From the NCBI GenBank assembly GCA_965261355.1, contig OZ253464.1, forward strand, positions 1,561,254 to 1,625,253: a DNA stretch of 64,000 nt. The letters run 5' to 3'. Position 1 is the first letter of the stretch, and the number at the start of each line of letters is the position of its first letter. This DNA comes from Dehalococcoidia bacterium. GTDB taxonomy: Bacteria; Chloroflexota; Dehalococcoidia; Lucifugimonadales; UBA3495. A model generated the notes under the pieces. The model searched no databases. It was not told the origin of the DNA and was given only the letters and a program-made list of their open reading frames with translations. The position numbers were made by a program, and so were the translations under genes. Below, in pieces: positions 1-9,792 of this stretch.

Positions 1-136
1 CTTTGACATTAACGATGCCTCAACATTTTGGGTCTGTGAAATCCTTTTACTGGTTGAAGACCGGTGACGCCTCGACCTATACCAATACAAACTTACCGTT
101 TCCGCTCAACTTTCATCAACCCCATCTGTACTTTTA

Positions 137-181
137 GTGCAAAATGCAGACTTCTGGTGCAAACGGCACTTAAAGTGCAAA
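137..181. repeat. three direct GTGCAAA heptamers spaced 18-20 bp
   Basis: GTGCAAA at 137-143, 157-163 and 175-181 in non-coding DNA downstream of the DUF1989 gene. Confidence 0.4.
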
Positions 182-284
182 GCTTGGGAGAGGGTTAGGG
201 TGAGGGCGTTCCCTGTACTCCCTCTAACAGCACACCTTCAGGCAACCTGCCACCCGCAATCCAAAATGAATCTGCCCTGAACCC

Positions 285-887
285 CTACACTACCTGGAAA
301 TGCGCCTCCGTCGGCACGCAATCCACCCCGTTGATCGGCACCACGTCCTGCGGACACGCCGAAAACGCGACGACACAGTCCATCTCTGCCCGCAGCGTCA
401 CGTAGTCCCCCGGTCCTGACACCGGCGGCTCGAAGCTGACCGACCCGTCCGTCCCCACCGGAATGTTCATGAACAGGTTCCACGGACTCGGCGTCTCCGG
501 CGGCGTCAGGCCCAGCTCCGCCAGCGCCGCCGCCAGGTTGTCTGTGCAGTTGTCGTGGTACCCCTCGCAGCCCAACAGCTCGTAGCGGTACCGGTCGCAA
601 GCCGCCAGCAACGTGTCGTGAATACCCCCTGATATGTCCTCGACCAGCGTCAGAATGGGCCTCCTCCGGTTCGTCACCATCGAATGACCGACCGTCGGCA
701 TCACCCGCTCCAGCCACGTCCGCGAGTGCTCCATCGACATGAACTCGGTCAAGTCATCCCGGCGGAACGCCCACGTGTCCACCACCTGCTGCCCGTGAGT
801 ATTGACCACCCTGACCGTCTGCCCCCTCGCCACCAACGCCGCCTTCCCCCGCCGCGCCGGAATCGTAACCAGCGATTCTCCCGCCAT
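285..887 (-). CDS. DUF1989 / urea-carboxylase-associated family protein
   Basis: ORF 285..1040. The family-like part starts at MAGESLVTIP (ATG at 887). Typical motifs are HDTLLAACD, HDNCTDNL, NLFMN and PGDYVTLRAEMD..SACPQD. Confidence 0.75.
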   Translation of the reverse strand: MAGESLVTIPARRGKAALVARGQTVRVVNTHGQQVVDTWAFRRDDLTEFMSMEHSRTWLERVMPTVGHSMVTNRRRPILTLVEDISGGIHDTLLAACDRYRYELLGCEGYHDNCTDNLAAALAELGLTPPETPSPWNLFMNIPVGTDGSVSFEPPVSGPGDYVTLRAEMDCVVAFSACPQDVVPINGVDCVPTEAHFQVV

Positions 888-897
888 AGTGAAACCT

Positions 898-938
898 CTC
901 TGTGCCCTCTGTCTGCCCCGTGTTCTCTGTGAAAAACC
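898..938. repeat. short dispersed intergenic repeat (CTCTGTGCCCTCTGT / GTGTTCTCTGTG core)
   Basis: Same core recurs at 1216-1248 and 2018-2041, all intergenic. Confidence 0.6.
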
Positions 939-1015
939 AGTCTCCCTCCGCGTCCATTGCTCCCCTCCGCGTCCTTCGCGCCCGTGCGACCTCTCATCTT
1001 CCCTCAGACACCTGT

Positions 1016-1046
1016 CATTCCCGCCTGCGCGGGAATCCAAACCCCC
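1016..1046. repeat. REP-like palindromic element (CCCGCCTGCGCGGG hairpin + AATCCAAACCCC tail)
   Basis: Near-identical unit at 1866-1894 (CCCGCGTAGGCGGGAATCCAAACCCC). Confidence 0.6.
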
Positions 1047-1215
1047 GTCACCGGTCGATTGGGCCGCCTAAATTGAACCCCTCTCTAATGAAACTCGCCC
1101 CTTGAAGTTGCCGTGCATTTGTGATTAGAATATATGTACCAATGAAGAGACTCTGGCCTGTTTCGCATTGCATGCAGTTCCATTCCATATCCCAAAGAAG
1201 CCCGAGCCAAAAAAT

Positions 1216-1248
1216 CTCCGTGTTCTCTGTGCCCTCTGTGGTAAAGGA
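1216..1248. repeat. short dispersed intergenic repeat, second copy
   Basis: CTCCGTGTTCTCTGTGCCCTCTGTGGTAAAGG shares its core with 898-938 and 2018-2041. Confidence 0.6.
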
Positions 1249-1427
1249 CCCCGAGGCGTAATCGGCGCTCAAAGGACGATCCCTTATATCCTGTCCATCC
1301 ATGTAAATAACCCCTGTCACAGCACCACCATCACCCGCCGCTCCAAACCTGCCAAGAGCGGAAATGTTCGGAAATGAGCGGGTTCCGAAAAAACCCCGGC
1401 AACCCAACCATTCAGGAGAGTGAACCC

Positions 1428-1790
1428 ATGTATTCCTTCAACTCTATCTGGGGCAGGATCAGACACCTCCAGCGCAGGCTCGCCAAGGACCTCGCCATAA
1501 TCCGACTCCGCCGTCTCGCCGAGGAATTCTGCGACGACTACGAGGACGCCGTTAACGACGACCCTCCCGCTTCCCACCTCGAGCTCGATAGGATGGGCTC
1601 GGCCTTTATCCCCAGCATCGGGAAGGCCGGCTTCCGCCTCAGCACCTTCATGGCCCTGCGCAAGTACCTCGAACGCTGCCTCGACGACAAAAGGCTCCCG
1701 GAGCCCCGAGACATCGTCGGCAGCCTGCTGCCCTGGGCCGCCGAGGGCGGCTTCCTTCGCTCCTCCCTCTGGGTGAGGAACGCCTGCTGA
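1428..1790 (+). CDS. hypothetical protein
   Basis: ORF 1374..1790. The internal ATG at 1428 is preceded by AGGAG. No recognisable family; composition is coding-like. Confidence 0.4.
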   Translation: MYSFNSIWGRIRHLQRRLAKDLAIIRLRRLAEEFCDDYEDAVNDDPPASHLELDRMGSAFIPSIGKAGFRLSTFMALRKYLERCLDDKRLPEPRDIVGSLLPWAAEGGFLRSSLWVRNAC

Positions 1791-1865
1791 ACGCCCTTGG
1801 TTCGACAGCTTCGGGCCTGAAACGGGGCAATCGTACCTTGAACGCCAGAGACCCTGTAACCCGTC

Positions 1866-1894
1866 TTTCCCGCGTAGGCGGGAATCCAAACCCC
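1866..1894. repeat. REP-like palindromic element, second copy
   Basis: TTTCCCGCGTAGGCGGGAATCCAAACCCC; compare 1016-1046. Confidence 0.6.
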
Positions 1895-2017
1895 GGTCTC
1901 CCATCGCACTGGAGAATCCACGAGGGGCAACTAACTAGGCGACAAAAGAGACCACCAAAAACCTCTGCGCCCTCGGCGTTTAATCCGTCCCCTCGGCGTC
2001 CTCGGCGCTTAAACTAC

Positions 2018-2041
2018 TCCTCTGTGCTCTCTGTGGTTAAA
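2018..2041. repeat. short dispersed intergenic repeat, third copy
   Basis: TCCTCTGTGCTCTCTGTGGTTAAA lies just upstream of the M20 gene. Confidence 0.5.
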
Positions 2042-2076
2042 ATACCCCTACCAACGCCGCGAAGGAGGGCCAAACC

Positions 2077-3312
2077 ATGACCAGCCAGAAAGTCCCGTCC
2101 AAGGACGAACTCGCCGGCCGTTCAAACTCGGCAATCGACTCATCGAAACAGGCGCTGTTCGACCTCTCTAGGGACGTCCACGCGCATCCCGAGCTGAATT
2201 ACGAAGAATTCTACTCCGCCGCCGCCCTGGCCGGGTTCCTCGAAGAGCATGACCTGTCGGTCGAGCGCGGCGTCGGCGGCATCGAGACCGCCTTCCGCGC
2301 CACCATCCCCGGCGGTGGCGGCGAAGGCCCCACCATCGCCGTCCTCGCCGAGTACGACGCCCTGCCCGAGATCGGCCACGGCTGCGGGCACAACCTCATC
2401 GCCATGGCCGCGATGGGCGCTGCCCTCGGCCTCCACGCCAACGCCGACAAACTTCCCGGCCGCATTCAGATCATTGGCACGCCCGCCGAGGAAGGCGGTG
2501 GCGGCAAGATTCGCCTCCTGGAGGCCGGTGTCTTCAACGGCGTCGACTCCACATTGTCGTCCCATCCCTTCTCCAACCGCACCATCATCCCCGCAGCCGC
2601 TCCGAAGGGCGAGAGCTGGAGCCTGGCCATGGTCGGCTACCGGTATATGTACCACGGGAAGGCCGCCCACGCCGCCGCCTACCCCGAGGCCGGCATAAAC
2701 GCCCTCAACGCCGTCATCCACCTGTTCACTGGCATCGACGCCCTCCGCCAGCACCTGCGCGACGACGTCCGCATTCACGGTGTTATCACCGACGGCGGCA
2801 CCGCCCCCAACGTGGTGCCCGAGTTCGCCGCCGCCAACTTCATGCTGCGTTCCAGGGACGGCAGGTACCTGAGCGACGAGGTCGTCGGCAAGGTGCGTTC
2901 GGTGGCCGAGGGCGCGGCTTCAATGACCGGGGCCCGCCTCGAGGCGGAGGAATTCTATCCCTTCTACGAAAACGTCCAGCCCAACGTGACCCTCGCCCAG
3001 GCCGTTGCGGCCAACGCCCGTGCTCTCGGCCTGAAGCTCGACGAGCCGGTGCCGGGCCGCCCCGGAAGCGGTGCCTCTACCGACTTCGGCAACGTCAGCC
3101 AGGCCATGCCGGGCTTCGAGCTTCGCTACGCCGTTAGCGAGACTCCCGTGCCATCCCACACCCGGCAGATGCAGGAGACAGCGGTTACCGACCTCGCCCT
3201 CTCCAACGCCCTGCTGGTGGCCAAGGCGCTGAGCCTCACCGCCAGCGACCTGCTGCGCGACCCCACGATGGTCGAGGCTGCCAGGGCCGAATACTCCGAC
3301 CGCAGCGGCTGA
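2077..3312 (+). CDS. M20 family metallo-amidohydrolase (AbgB / peptidase M20D-like)
   Basis: 411 aa with HPELNYEEF, GHGCGHNLI and GTPAEEGGGGK motifs typical of M20 amidohydrolases. Confidence 0.85.
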   Translation: MTSQKVPSKDELAGRSNSAIDSSKQALFDLSRDVHAHPELNYEEFYSAAALAGFLEEHDLSVERGVGGIETAFRATIPGGGGEGPTIAVLAEYDALPEIGHGCGHNLIAMAAMGAALGLHANADKLPGRIQIIGTPAEEGGGGKIRLLEAGVFNGVDSTLSSHPFSNRTIIPAAAPKGESWSLAMVGYRYMYHGKAAHAAAYPEAGINALNAVIHLFTGIDALRQHLRDDVRIHGVITDGGTAPNVVPEFAAANFMLRSRDGRYLSDEVVGKVRSVAEGAASMTGARLEAEEFYPFYENVQPNVTLAQAVAANARALGLKLDEPVPGRPGSGASTDFGNVSQAMPGFELRYAVSETPVPSHTRQMQETAVTDLALSNALLVAKALSLTASDLLRDPTMVEAARAEYSDRSG

Positions 3313-3325
3313 ACCCGTCTCTCCT

Positions 3326-4297
3326 TCAGCTTACGTGGGGCAGGACTTCCTGGGTGAATCGCGCCATCTGGCCCATCTGGTCCGGCGATGCGAACCTGAC
3401 GATGAAGTAGTCTGCCCCGCTATCCTTGTACGCCTTTATCGTGTCGATGCACTTCTGCACCGGCCCGAATACGCACAGCAGGTTCTTGCTGATGACGTCA
3501 TAGGGGATGCTGTAGTACGCCTGCATGTACTGGTCGCCCTCGGCCAGCGCACCGCCCTCGTCCTCGTTCAGGTTCACCGAGACGTACAGGCAGCGTCCGA
3601 TGCCGGCCGGGTCGCGGCCGAACTCCCCGGCGTTCTGCTCGATCCTCTCCCAGCACTGGTCGAACAGCTCCACCGATGGCACATTGGTGATCCAGGCATC
3701 ACCGTACTCGGCCACCCGCGACAGCCCGCGGCGCACCCAGTTGCTGGAAATCCACAGCGGAATCGACGGCTGTACGGGCCTCGGCTCCAGTTCCACGTCC
3801 TCCAGCGGATAGAACTCTCCGTCGCTGCTCACCGCCTCGCCCGTCCACAGTGCTCGCATCACCCGGATGCTCTCCTCCATCCGGGCGGCCCGTTCCGTTA
3901 TTGGAACTCCCACGGCCGCGTGCTCGGCAACAAACATCTGGTTGTTGCCTCGGCCTGCGCCGAGTCCCAGGATTGTTCGGCCTCCGGATATGTTGTCGAT
4001 GGTCGCCGCAGCGTGAGCGAGATGCACCGGATGCCGCAGCGCGTTTAGCAGCACCGCCGTCCCTACCTTGACCCGGCTGGTGCGAGCGGCCACGGCGGCC
4101 ATCGCCGTCAGAGGCTCCATCCGTGGCTTCGACGTGACGCTGTCGCCCACCCACACCGAATCGTACCCGGCCCGCTCGGCAGTCTCGGCCATCTGCCACG
4201 TCAGCTCCACCTTCGGCCTGCCGCCCCCGGCATACACCAGCACGCCCCTCGTTGGCAGCAGCACCCCGAAGTTGTCCGCCTGCGTCATTCCGTCCAC
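3326..4297 (-). CDS. LLM-class flavin/F420-dependent oxidoreductase
   Basis: 323 aa with a luciferase-like pattern (AERAGYDSVWVGDS, GGRTILGLGAG, FIVRF). Confidence 0.85.
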   Translation of the reverse strand: MDGMTQADNFGVLLPTRGVLVYAGGGRPKVELTWQMAETAERAGYDSVWVGDSVTSKPRMEPLTAMAAVAARTSRVKVGTAVLLNALRHPVHLAHAAATIDNISGGRTILGLGAGRGNNQMFVAEHAAVGVPITERAARMEESIRVMRALWTGEAVSSDGEFYPLEDVELEPRPVQPSIPLWISSNWVRRGLSRVAEYGDAWITNVPSVELFDQCWERIEQNAGEFGRDPAGIGRCLYVSVNLNEDEGGALAEGDQYMQAYYSIPYDVISKNLLCVFGPVQKCIDTIKAYKDSGADYFIVRFASPDQMGQMARFTQEVLPHVS

Positions 4298-4432
4298 CTC
4301 TCCGTCTGTCCTGTGTTGTCGCGCCTTGCTTGCCGCCCGCCGGCCGCGAATCCGTCTACCGCAAGAGGCGCCGGAAACCGCACCCTGCCCTCAGGCTCAG
4401 CGGCTCCGGCGCCCATCACCGGCTTTGCGTCC

Positions 4433-4903
4433 CTAGTCCTCAACCTCGACGATCATCTCGATCTCGATCGGCATCCCGCCAGGCAGAGTGGCCATCCCGA
4501 CAGCAGACCTGGCATGCCGGCCTCTCTCGCCGTACAGCTCGATCAGCAGGTCGGAAGCCCCGTTCGCCACCCGTGGCGTGTCGCCGAAGTCCGGCGTCGA
4601 GTTGACCATGGCCAACAGTTTGACGATCCTGCTCACCTTGTCCAGGTCTCCGATCGCCACCTTCAGGTTGGTGAGCAGATTCAGCATCGTCTGGCGAGCG
4701 CAGTCGTATCCCTGCTCGACGGTCACTTCCCCACCCAGCTTGCCCTCGTGCAGCAGACCGCCTCCCGGCAGTCCCGGACCGGTGCCCGACAGGTACACCA
4801 GGTTCCCAGTCCGCACCGACGGAATGATGTTGCCGGCTCCCGGCGTCCGGGGCGGCGGCAGCTCGTAGCCCAGTTCCTTCAGCTTGTTCTCAATCTCAGG
4901 CAT
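4433..4903 (-). CDS. RidA/YjgF family reactive-intermediate deaminase
   Basis: ORF 4433..5011. The family-like start is MPEIENKLKELGYELPPP at 4903. The C-terminal ARSAVG..LPGGMPIEIE motif is typical of RidA. Confidence 0.85.
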   Translation of the reverse strand: MPEIENKLKELGYELPPPRTPGAGNIIPSVRTGNLVYLSGTGPGLPGGGLLHEGKLGGEVTVEQGYDCARQTMLNLLTNLKVAIGDLDKVSRIVKLLAMVNSTPDFGDTPRVANGASDLLIELYGERGRHARSAVGMATLPGGMPIEIEMIVEVED

Positions 4904-5071
4904 GACACAACTCCTTCCGAATCCACTGGCAGGTCGAACCCGAAGATCGCCCTGCAGCCCTGCCAATTGTAATCGGCCCACGGCAACCCCTTCAGCGGGC
5001 CACTCCGCCATCCCGGCGACCAGACGGCGAGTCCGCCGGACGGCACCCCGGCAGGCACGCCAACCGCTCCG

Positions 5072-5596
5072 CTACCGGTACCAGCCCGTGCCCCGGTGGT
5101 ATCCCCGCAGGTACGCTATCTGTCCGCCGTGGGCCACGCTCTCCAGCACCAGCTGCCCCAGAGCGGTGTTCAGCGTATGCTCCTGCCTCAGCGCAGTGGG
5201 AGGAAACACCACCCTTTTCTCCAGGTCCTCAGGCGACAGCGACGGCACGTAGTCCCGGGTGATCGCCTTCGCCGCCTCGAAGTAGGCTATCTGCACTTCC
5301 TTCGCTGGCGGCTTCCATGTTGCGAGGTCGGCTCCCCGTCCGAGCCCCTCCGGATTGTCCGCCAGCCCGAACTTCTCGCACCAGCCGTCCGCAAACCACA
5401 GTTCCGGCTTCTCCTGCAGCCGGTGCATGATGAACATGTCCGTAACCCGGCTGATGTGGCCGAAGATCCACGCGATAGAGTTGCTGTGCTCGTTGGGTTG
5501 TCGTGCCATCGTCTCGTAGTCCAGTTCGGAGATTGCCGCTTCAACCATCTCCCAGTTCCGCTCCAGTGAATACATGATCGAATCGGTTGCCGCCAC
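5072..5596 (-). CDS. DinB-family protein
   Basis: 174 aa with a DinB_2-like pattern (NSIAWIFGHISRVTD ... HGGQIAYLRG). Confidence 0.7.
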   Translation of the reverse strand: MAATDSIMYSLERNWEMVEAAISELDYETMARQPNEHSNSIAWIFGHISRVTDMFIMHRLQEKPELWFADGWCEKFGLADNPEGLGRGADLATWKPPAKEVQIAYFEAAKAITRDYVPSLSPEDLEKRVVFPPTALRQEHTLNTALGQLVLESVAHGGQIAYLRGYHRGTGWYR

Positions 5597-5884
5597 TTCC
5601 TGCTCCTTGCCAGTGTCAGAATTGACCGCGATGTTGAATATTACCCAGTTCGCTGGGGATTCGATCTGATACTAGCACCCACAGTTGAAGTCCGTCTGCC
5701 TCCCCCGCCGGAACCAAACCGGCAGGTTCCTCAATGCAGGAGTCGTCAAATCGAGCAGTTGATGGTACCTTCCTGTGGTGCGGTGGATGTGAGAGTTCGT
5801 AACATTGCCGCATCTCTTTGTCGTCAGGGTTGCCCAGACCGGAACCTGGCGCACTATGCCGCCTGTGGATTTGGGAGGTCCTCG

Positions 5885-8800
5885 TTGTACAAGATCGGAA
5901 TAGACGTCGGTGGCACCTTTACCGACTTCGTCGTCGCTGCCGAAGAAGGCCAGCCGCGCTTCTTCAAGACCCAGTCCACCCCAGGCGATCCTTCAATTGG
6001 CGTGATGAACGGCTTACAGGACGCCGCCGCCGCGTACGGACTGTCCCTGGACCAGTTCCTTGGAGACACCGACCTCGTGATCCACGGCTCCACCGTCGCG
6101 ACCAACACGCTGGTGGAGCGCAAGGGCGCAAGAGTGGGCCTCATCACCACCGACGGCTTCCGCGACCTGCTGGAGATGAGGGAGGGGTTGAAGGAGGACC
6201 GGTACAACCTGCGTATGAAACCGGTCGAGCCCTTGGCCGCTCGCTACCTGCGGGTGGGCGTACCGGAGCGAATTCGCGCCAACGGCAAGGTGGAGCGCCC
6301 TTTGGACGAAGCCGCCCTCGTCGAAAATCTGGAGTACCTCGTCAAGGAGGGAGCAGAATCGTTGGCAGTCTGTTTCCTGTTCTCATACCTCAATCCCTCC
6401 CACGAGCAGAAGGCCTGGGAAAACATACGCCGCCGCTTCCCGGAACTGTACATCTCCCTCTCCCACGAGATAATTCCCCAGATTAAGGAGTTCGACCGCC
6501 TCAGTACCACGGTGATCAACTCTTACGTCGGCCCGGTGTTCAACCGTTATCTCTCGCACCTGGCTCAGCGGTTCGAAGCATACCCTCAATTGAAAGACGT
6601 GCTGATTATGCAGTCCAACGGCGGAGTCGCCCCGATAGACGACTCCAGGCGGATGGCGGTGCGTGCAATATTGTCTGGTCCCGCCGGAGGCGTCAGTGCC
6701 GCTGCCTACATCGGTCAACTGCTGCGGGAACCGAAGGTCATTGCTTTCGACATGGGCGGCACCAGCACCGATATCTCATTGATCGAGAACGGGGTCCCCC
6801 ACATCGCCAACGAGAAGTTTGAGGCTGGCTGGAAGATCGCCGCCCCGATGATCGACATCCATACCCTGGGTGCGGGCGGCGGCAGCATCGCGCGTGTCGA
6901 CGACGGCGGGATTCTGCACGTCGGCCCAGACAGTGCCGGGGCTGAACCCGGCCCCGCCTGCTATGGCAAGGGTGGAGTTAGGCCCACCGTAACCGACGCC
7001 AGCTTGGTGCTTGGGTACTTGGATGCAACCAATTTCCTTGGAGGCAAGGCTAGCCTGGATCCCGTCGCTGCCCGACTGGCTCTGGATGAAGACGTTGCCG
7101 GACCGCTCAACCTCCTTACCGCTGAAGCTGCTTACGGCGTGTTCAAGGTAGTCTGCACCACCATTGCCGAGGGCATTCGTTTGATGTCGGTGCAGCGAGG
7201 CGTGGACCCGCGAGAATTCATCATGATGGGGTTCGGAGGCGCCTCTGGCCTCCATGCTTCGGAGGTCGCTCGACAGCTTCAGGTATCGAAGGTCTACATT
7301 CCGGCATCGGCGCCGGTGCTTTCGGCCTACGGTATGCTGAACACCGACATCAAGTACGACTTCTTCAGGTCCTATCCGGTAAGCCTGGATCAGGTCGACC
7401 TCAACAGGCTCAGGTCCGTTCTGGACGAACTGGGCTCCCAGGGGCGGGACAAGCTTTTCGATCAGGGCGTAGCACATGAGGCGGTGGAGATACACTACTC
7501 CGCCGACATGCGGTACCTCGACCAGATCTACGAGGTCACCGTGCCGCTTCCAGATCCGACACTACCAGACTCGGAATTCATCGCCCGGTTGACGTCTAAT
7601 TTCCACCAGCGGTACCAGGAGCTCTACTCGTACAACCAACAGGACCAGGAGGTACGGCTGGTCACTCTCCGTGTCGCGGCAGTGGGCAAGCTCCCCAGAA
7701 TTGCCCAGATCGACCGGAACAGCAGCGCAATTGCGTACGGCCCCTCAGCAGGCCACCGCCGCGTCTTCATGGGCGAGTGGCTGGATGCGCGCACCTACGC
7801 CGCCGATTCGCTGCCTGCCGAAACGAATATTGCCGGTCCCGCAGTCCTGGAGTCGGACTTCACTACAATCCTGGTGTGGCCGGGGGATGTCGCCGAGGTC
7901 GATTCCATGAGCGGGGTCGAGTTGCGCGTCAACCTTGAATCTGCTCAGGACGACGCTCTCGACTCCGCCGACACGGATGGCCGCGACCGTCCGGCGCATG
8001 ACGACCCCATAACCCTCGCGGTAGTGGAGCACCGGCTGGAGTCAATCGCCCAGGAAATGACCGAGGCGATGCTCCGCACGGCCATGTCCCAGATCCTCAA
8101 CTCCAGCCGGGACTTTTCCACCGCGATTCTGGACGGCGATTGCCAGTTGGTGGCCCAGGGAGAGGGAATTCCGGTACACATCAGCGCCCTTCCCATTGCA
8201 GGCGCCGCAGTTCGAGACTACTTCGGCGACGACATCCACGACGGTGATCTGTTCATTCTGAATGACCCCTATTTCGGTGGCAGTCACCTGCCGGACATCA
8301 CCATCATCCGCCCCGTCTTTCACCAGGGCCGGCTGCTGTTTTACGGGGTTAACCGGGCGCACCACAGCGATGTCGGCGGAGGCACCCACGGCGGCTACAA
8401 CCCCGGCGCAAAAGAGATATTCCAGGAAGGCTTGCGCATTCCTCCGCTGCGGCTGTACGACAAGGGCGTCCCGCGCATCGACACCCTCCGGATGCTGTCG
8501 GCCAACGTACGCCAGCCGGAGAATTTCCTCGGCGACCTCAACGCCCAGATAGGCTCGGTCATGCTGGCTGCCCAGCGAATCGAGTCCCTGCTCGCCGCCT
8601 ACGGCCCCGAACGGTTGATGGCGGTGGTGGCAGAAATCCTGTCTGCCACCGAAAGGCAGGTCAGACAGTTCATTTCAGACTGGCCCGACGGCGTCTACCT
8701 CGGGGAATCGTTTGTAGACGACGACGGTTTCGACAGCAAACTGGTGCCCATCCGGGCTAAAGTGACCATTGCGGGCGACTCAATGATCATCGATCTCAGC

Positions 8801-9634
8801 GACTCCAGTCCCCAGGTCGAAGGGTTCATCAACAGCGCATATGCCAACACTCGTTCCCTCGCCCACGCCGCCATCATGTACCTCGCGCCAATGGACATTG
8901 CTCGCAACGAGGGATCTATGCGTCCCGTCCAGATCGTCGCGCCACGGGGACTTGTCGTCAACGCCAACCCTCCTGCGCCGGTTTGCATGAGCACCAACCA
9001 CTGCGCCGAGGAAGTCGTCGAGGCGGTGTTCAAGGCATTGGCCCCCGCCATTCCCGGCGCAGTCTCCGCAGGGTTCTCCCGCCGGCTGCGATACGCCATC
9101 ACCGGCTCCGACCCCAGGACGGGGCGCCAGTTTATCTGGCATTTCTTCCTGGCCAGGGGCGGCGGCGGGGCCTCCAAGGGTTACGACGGATGGTCTAACG
9201 TTGGCGAAATCAACGTGGCCGGAGGAATACGGTCACCGAGCATAGAGGTTACGGAGGAGCGGTTCCGGTTCTTCATCGAGCGCCACGAGTTGCGGCCCGA
9301 TTCCGGCGGCGTCGGTGCTTGGCGCGGCGGTCTCGGCGCGGTCTGCGACCTAGTGTATGAGGGAGCAGGCCCAGCCCTGCTCAACACTGCTGGCGACGGA
9401 ATCGTTGTGCCGCCATTCGGGCTCTTCGGCGCAACCGACGGGCTGCCCCACCACTACACGATTGTCTCCAACGATTCGGAGCGTGTGCTGGGTTCGAAAG
9501 AAGTCGGTGTCGTCGTCAACCCTGGCGATCACATAATCTGTCTCTCCTCCGGCGGCGGCGGTTACGGTCACGCTGAAGACCGCGAAAAGGACGCCGGGGC
9601 ATGGGACCTGAAGAACGGATATGTTACCGGATAA
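5885..9634 (+). CDS. fused hydantoinase A/B family protein (5-oxoprolinase-like, ATP-dependent)
   Basis: ORF 5759..9634. The N-terminal part has YKIGIDVGGTFTD (HyuA type) and the C-terminal half is HyuB type (DPYFGGSHLPD). Likely TTG start at 5885, 6 nt after GGGAGG (5873-5878); the start is uncertain. Confidence 0.85.
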   Translation: MYKIGIDVGGTFTDFVVAAEEGQPRFFKTQSTPGDPSIGVMNGLQDAAAAYGLSLDQFLGDTDLVIHGSTVATNTLVERKGARVGLITTDGFRDLLEMREGLKEDRYNLRMKPVEPLAARYLRVGVPERIRANGKVERPLDEAALVENLEYLVKEGAESLAVCFLFSYLNPSHEQKAWENIRRRFPELYISLSHEIIPQIKEFDRLSTTVINSYVGPVFNRYLSHLAQRFEAYPQLKDVLIMQSNGGVAPIDDSRRMAVRAILSGPAGGVSAAAYIGQLLREPKVIAFDMGGTSTDISLIENGVPHIANEKFEAGWKIAAPMIDIHTLGAGGGSIARVDDGGILHVGPDSAGAEPGPACYGKGGVRPTVTDASLVLGYLDATNFLGGKASLDPVAARLALDEDVAGPLNLLTAEAAYGVFKVVCTTIAEGIRLMSVQRGVDPREFIMMGFGGASGLHASEVARQLQVSKVYIPASAPVLSAYGMLNTDIKYDFFRSYPVSLDQVDLNRLRSVLDELGSQGRDKLFDQGVAHEAVEIHYSADMRYLDQIYEVTVPLPDPTLPDSEFIARLTSNFHQRYQELYSYNQQDQEVRLVTLRVAAVGKLPRIAQIDRNSSAIAYGPSAGHRRVFMGEWLDARTYAADSLPAETNIAGPAVLESDFTTILVWPGDVAEVDSMSGVELRVNLESAQDDALDSADTDGRDRPAHDDPITLAVVEHRLESIAQEMTEAMLRTAMSQILNSSRDFSTAILDGDCQLVAQGEGIPVHISALPIAGAAVRDYFGDDIHDGDLFILNDPYFGGSHLPDITIIRPVFHQGRLLFYGVNRAHHSDVGGGTHGGYNPGAKEIFQEGLRIPPLRLYDKGVPRIDTLRMLSANVRQPENFLGDLNAQIGSVMLAAQRIESLLAAYGPERLMAVVAEILSATERQVRQFISDWPDGVYLGESFVDDDGFDSKLVPIRAKVTIAGDSMIIDLSDSSPQVEGFINSAYANTRSLAHAAIMYLAPMDIARNEGSMRPVQIVAPRGLVVNANPPAPVCMSTNHCAEEVVEAVFKALAPAIPGAVSAGFSRRLRYAITGSDPRTGRQFIWHFFLARGGGGASKGYDGWSNVGEINVAGGIRSPSIEVTEERFRFFIERHELRPDSGGVGAWRGGLGAVCDLVYEGAGPALLNTAGDGIVVPPFGLFGATDGLPHHYTIVSNDSERVLGSKEVGVVVNPGDHIICLSSGGGGYGHAEDREKDAGAWDLKNGYVTG

Positions 9635-9792
9635 AGGGAGCGGTCGATCTGGGTTGCTGGCATGTTGACAATAAAACCAACCGCCAGGGCTTCATTGCCT
9701 GCACCGCTACTCTTTAACCTATAATCGCTTGAGGGCGGTAGACTCGATAATCGATGCTACCTCTTTCAGTAAGGCATTTTGGAGGGCGCGAC

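Noticed and set aside
2140-4048. Long ORFs overlapping the M20 and LLM genes on the opposite strand (2140..2778, 3335..4048, 3699..4199)
   Set aside because: The opposite strand carries strong family-specific motifs, so these are typical GC-rich shadow ORFs.
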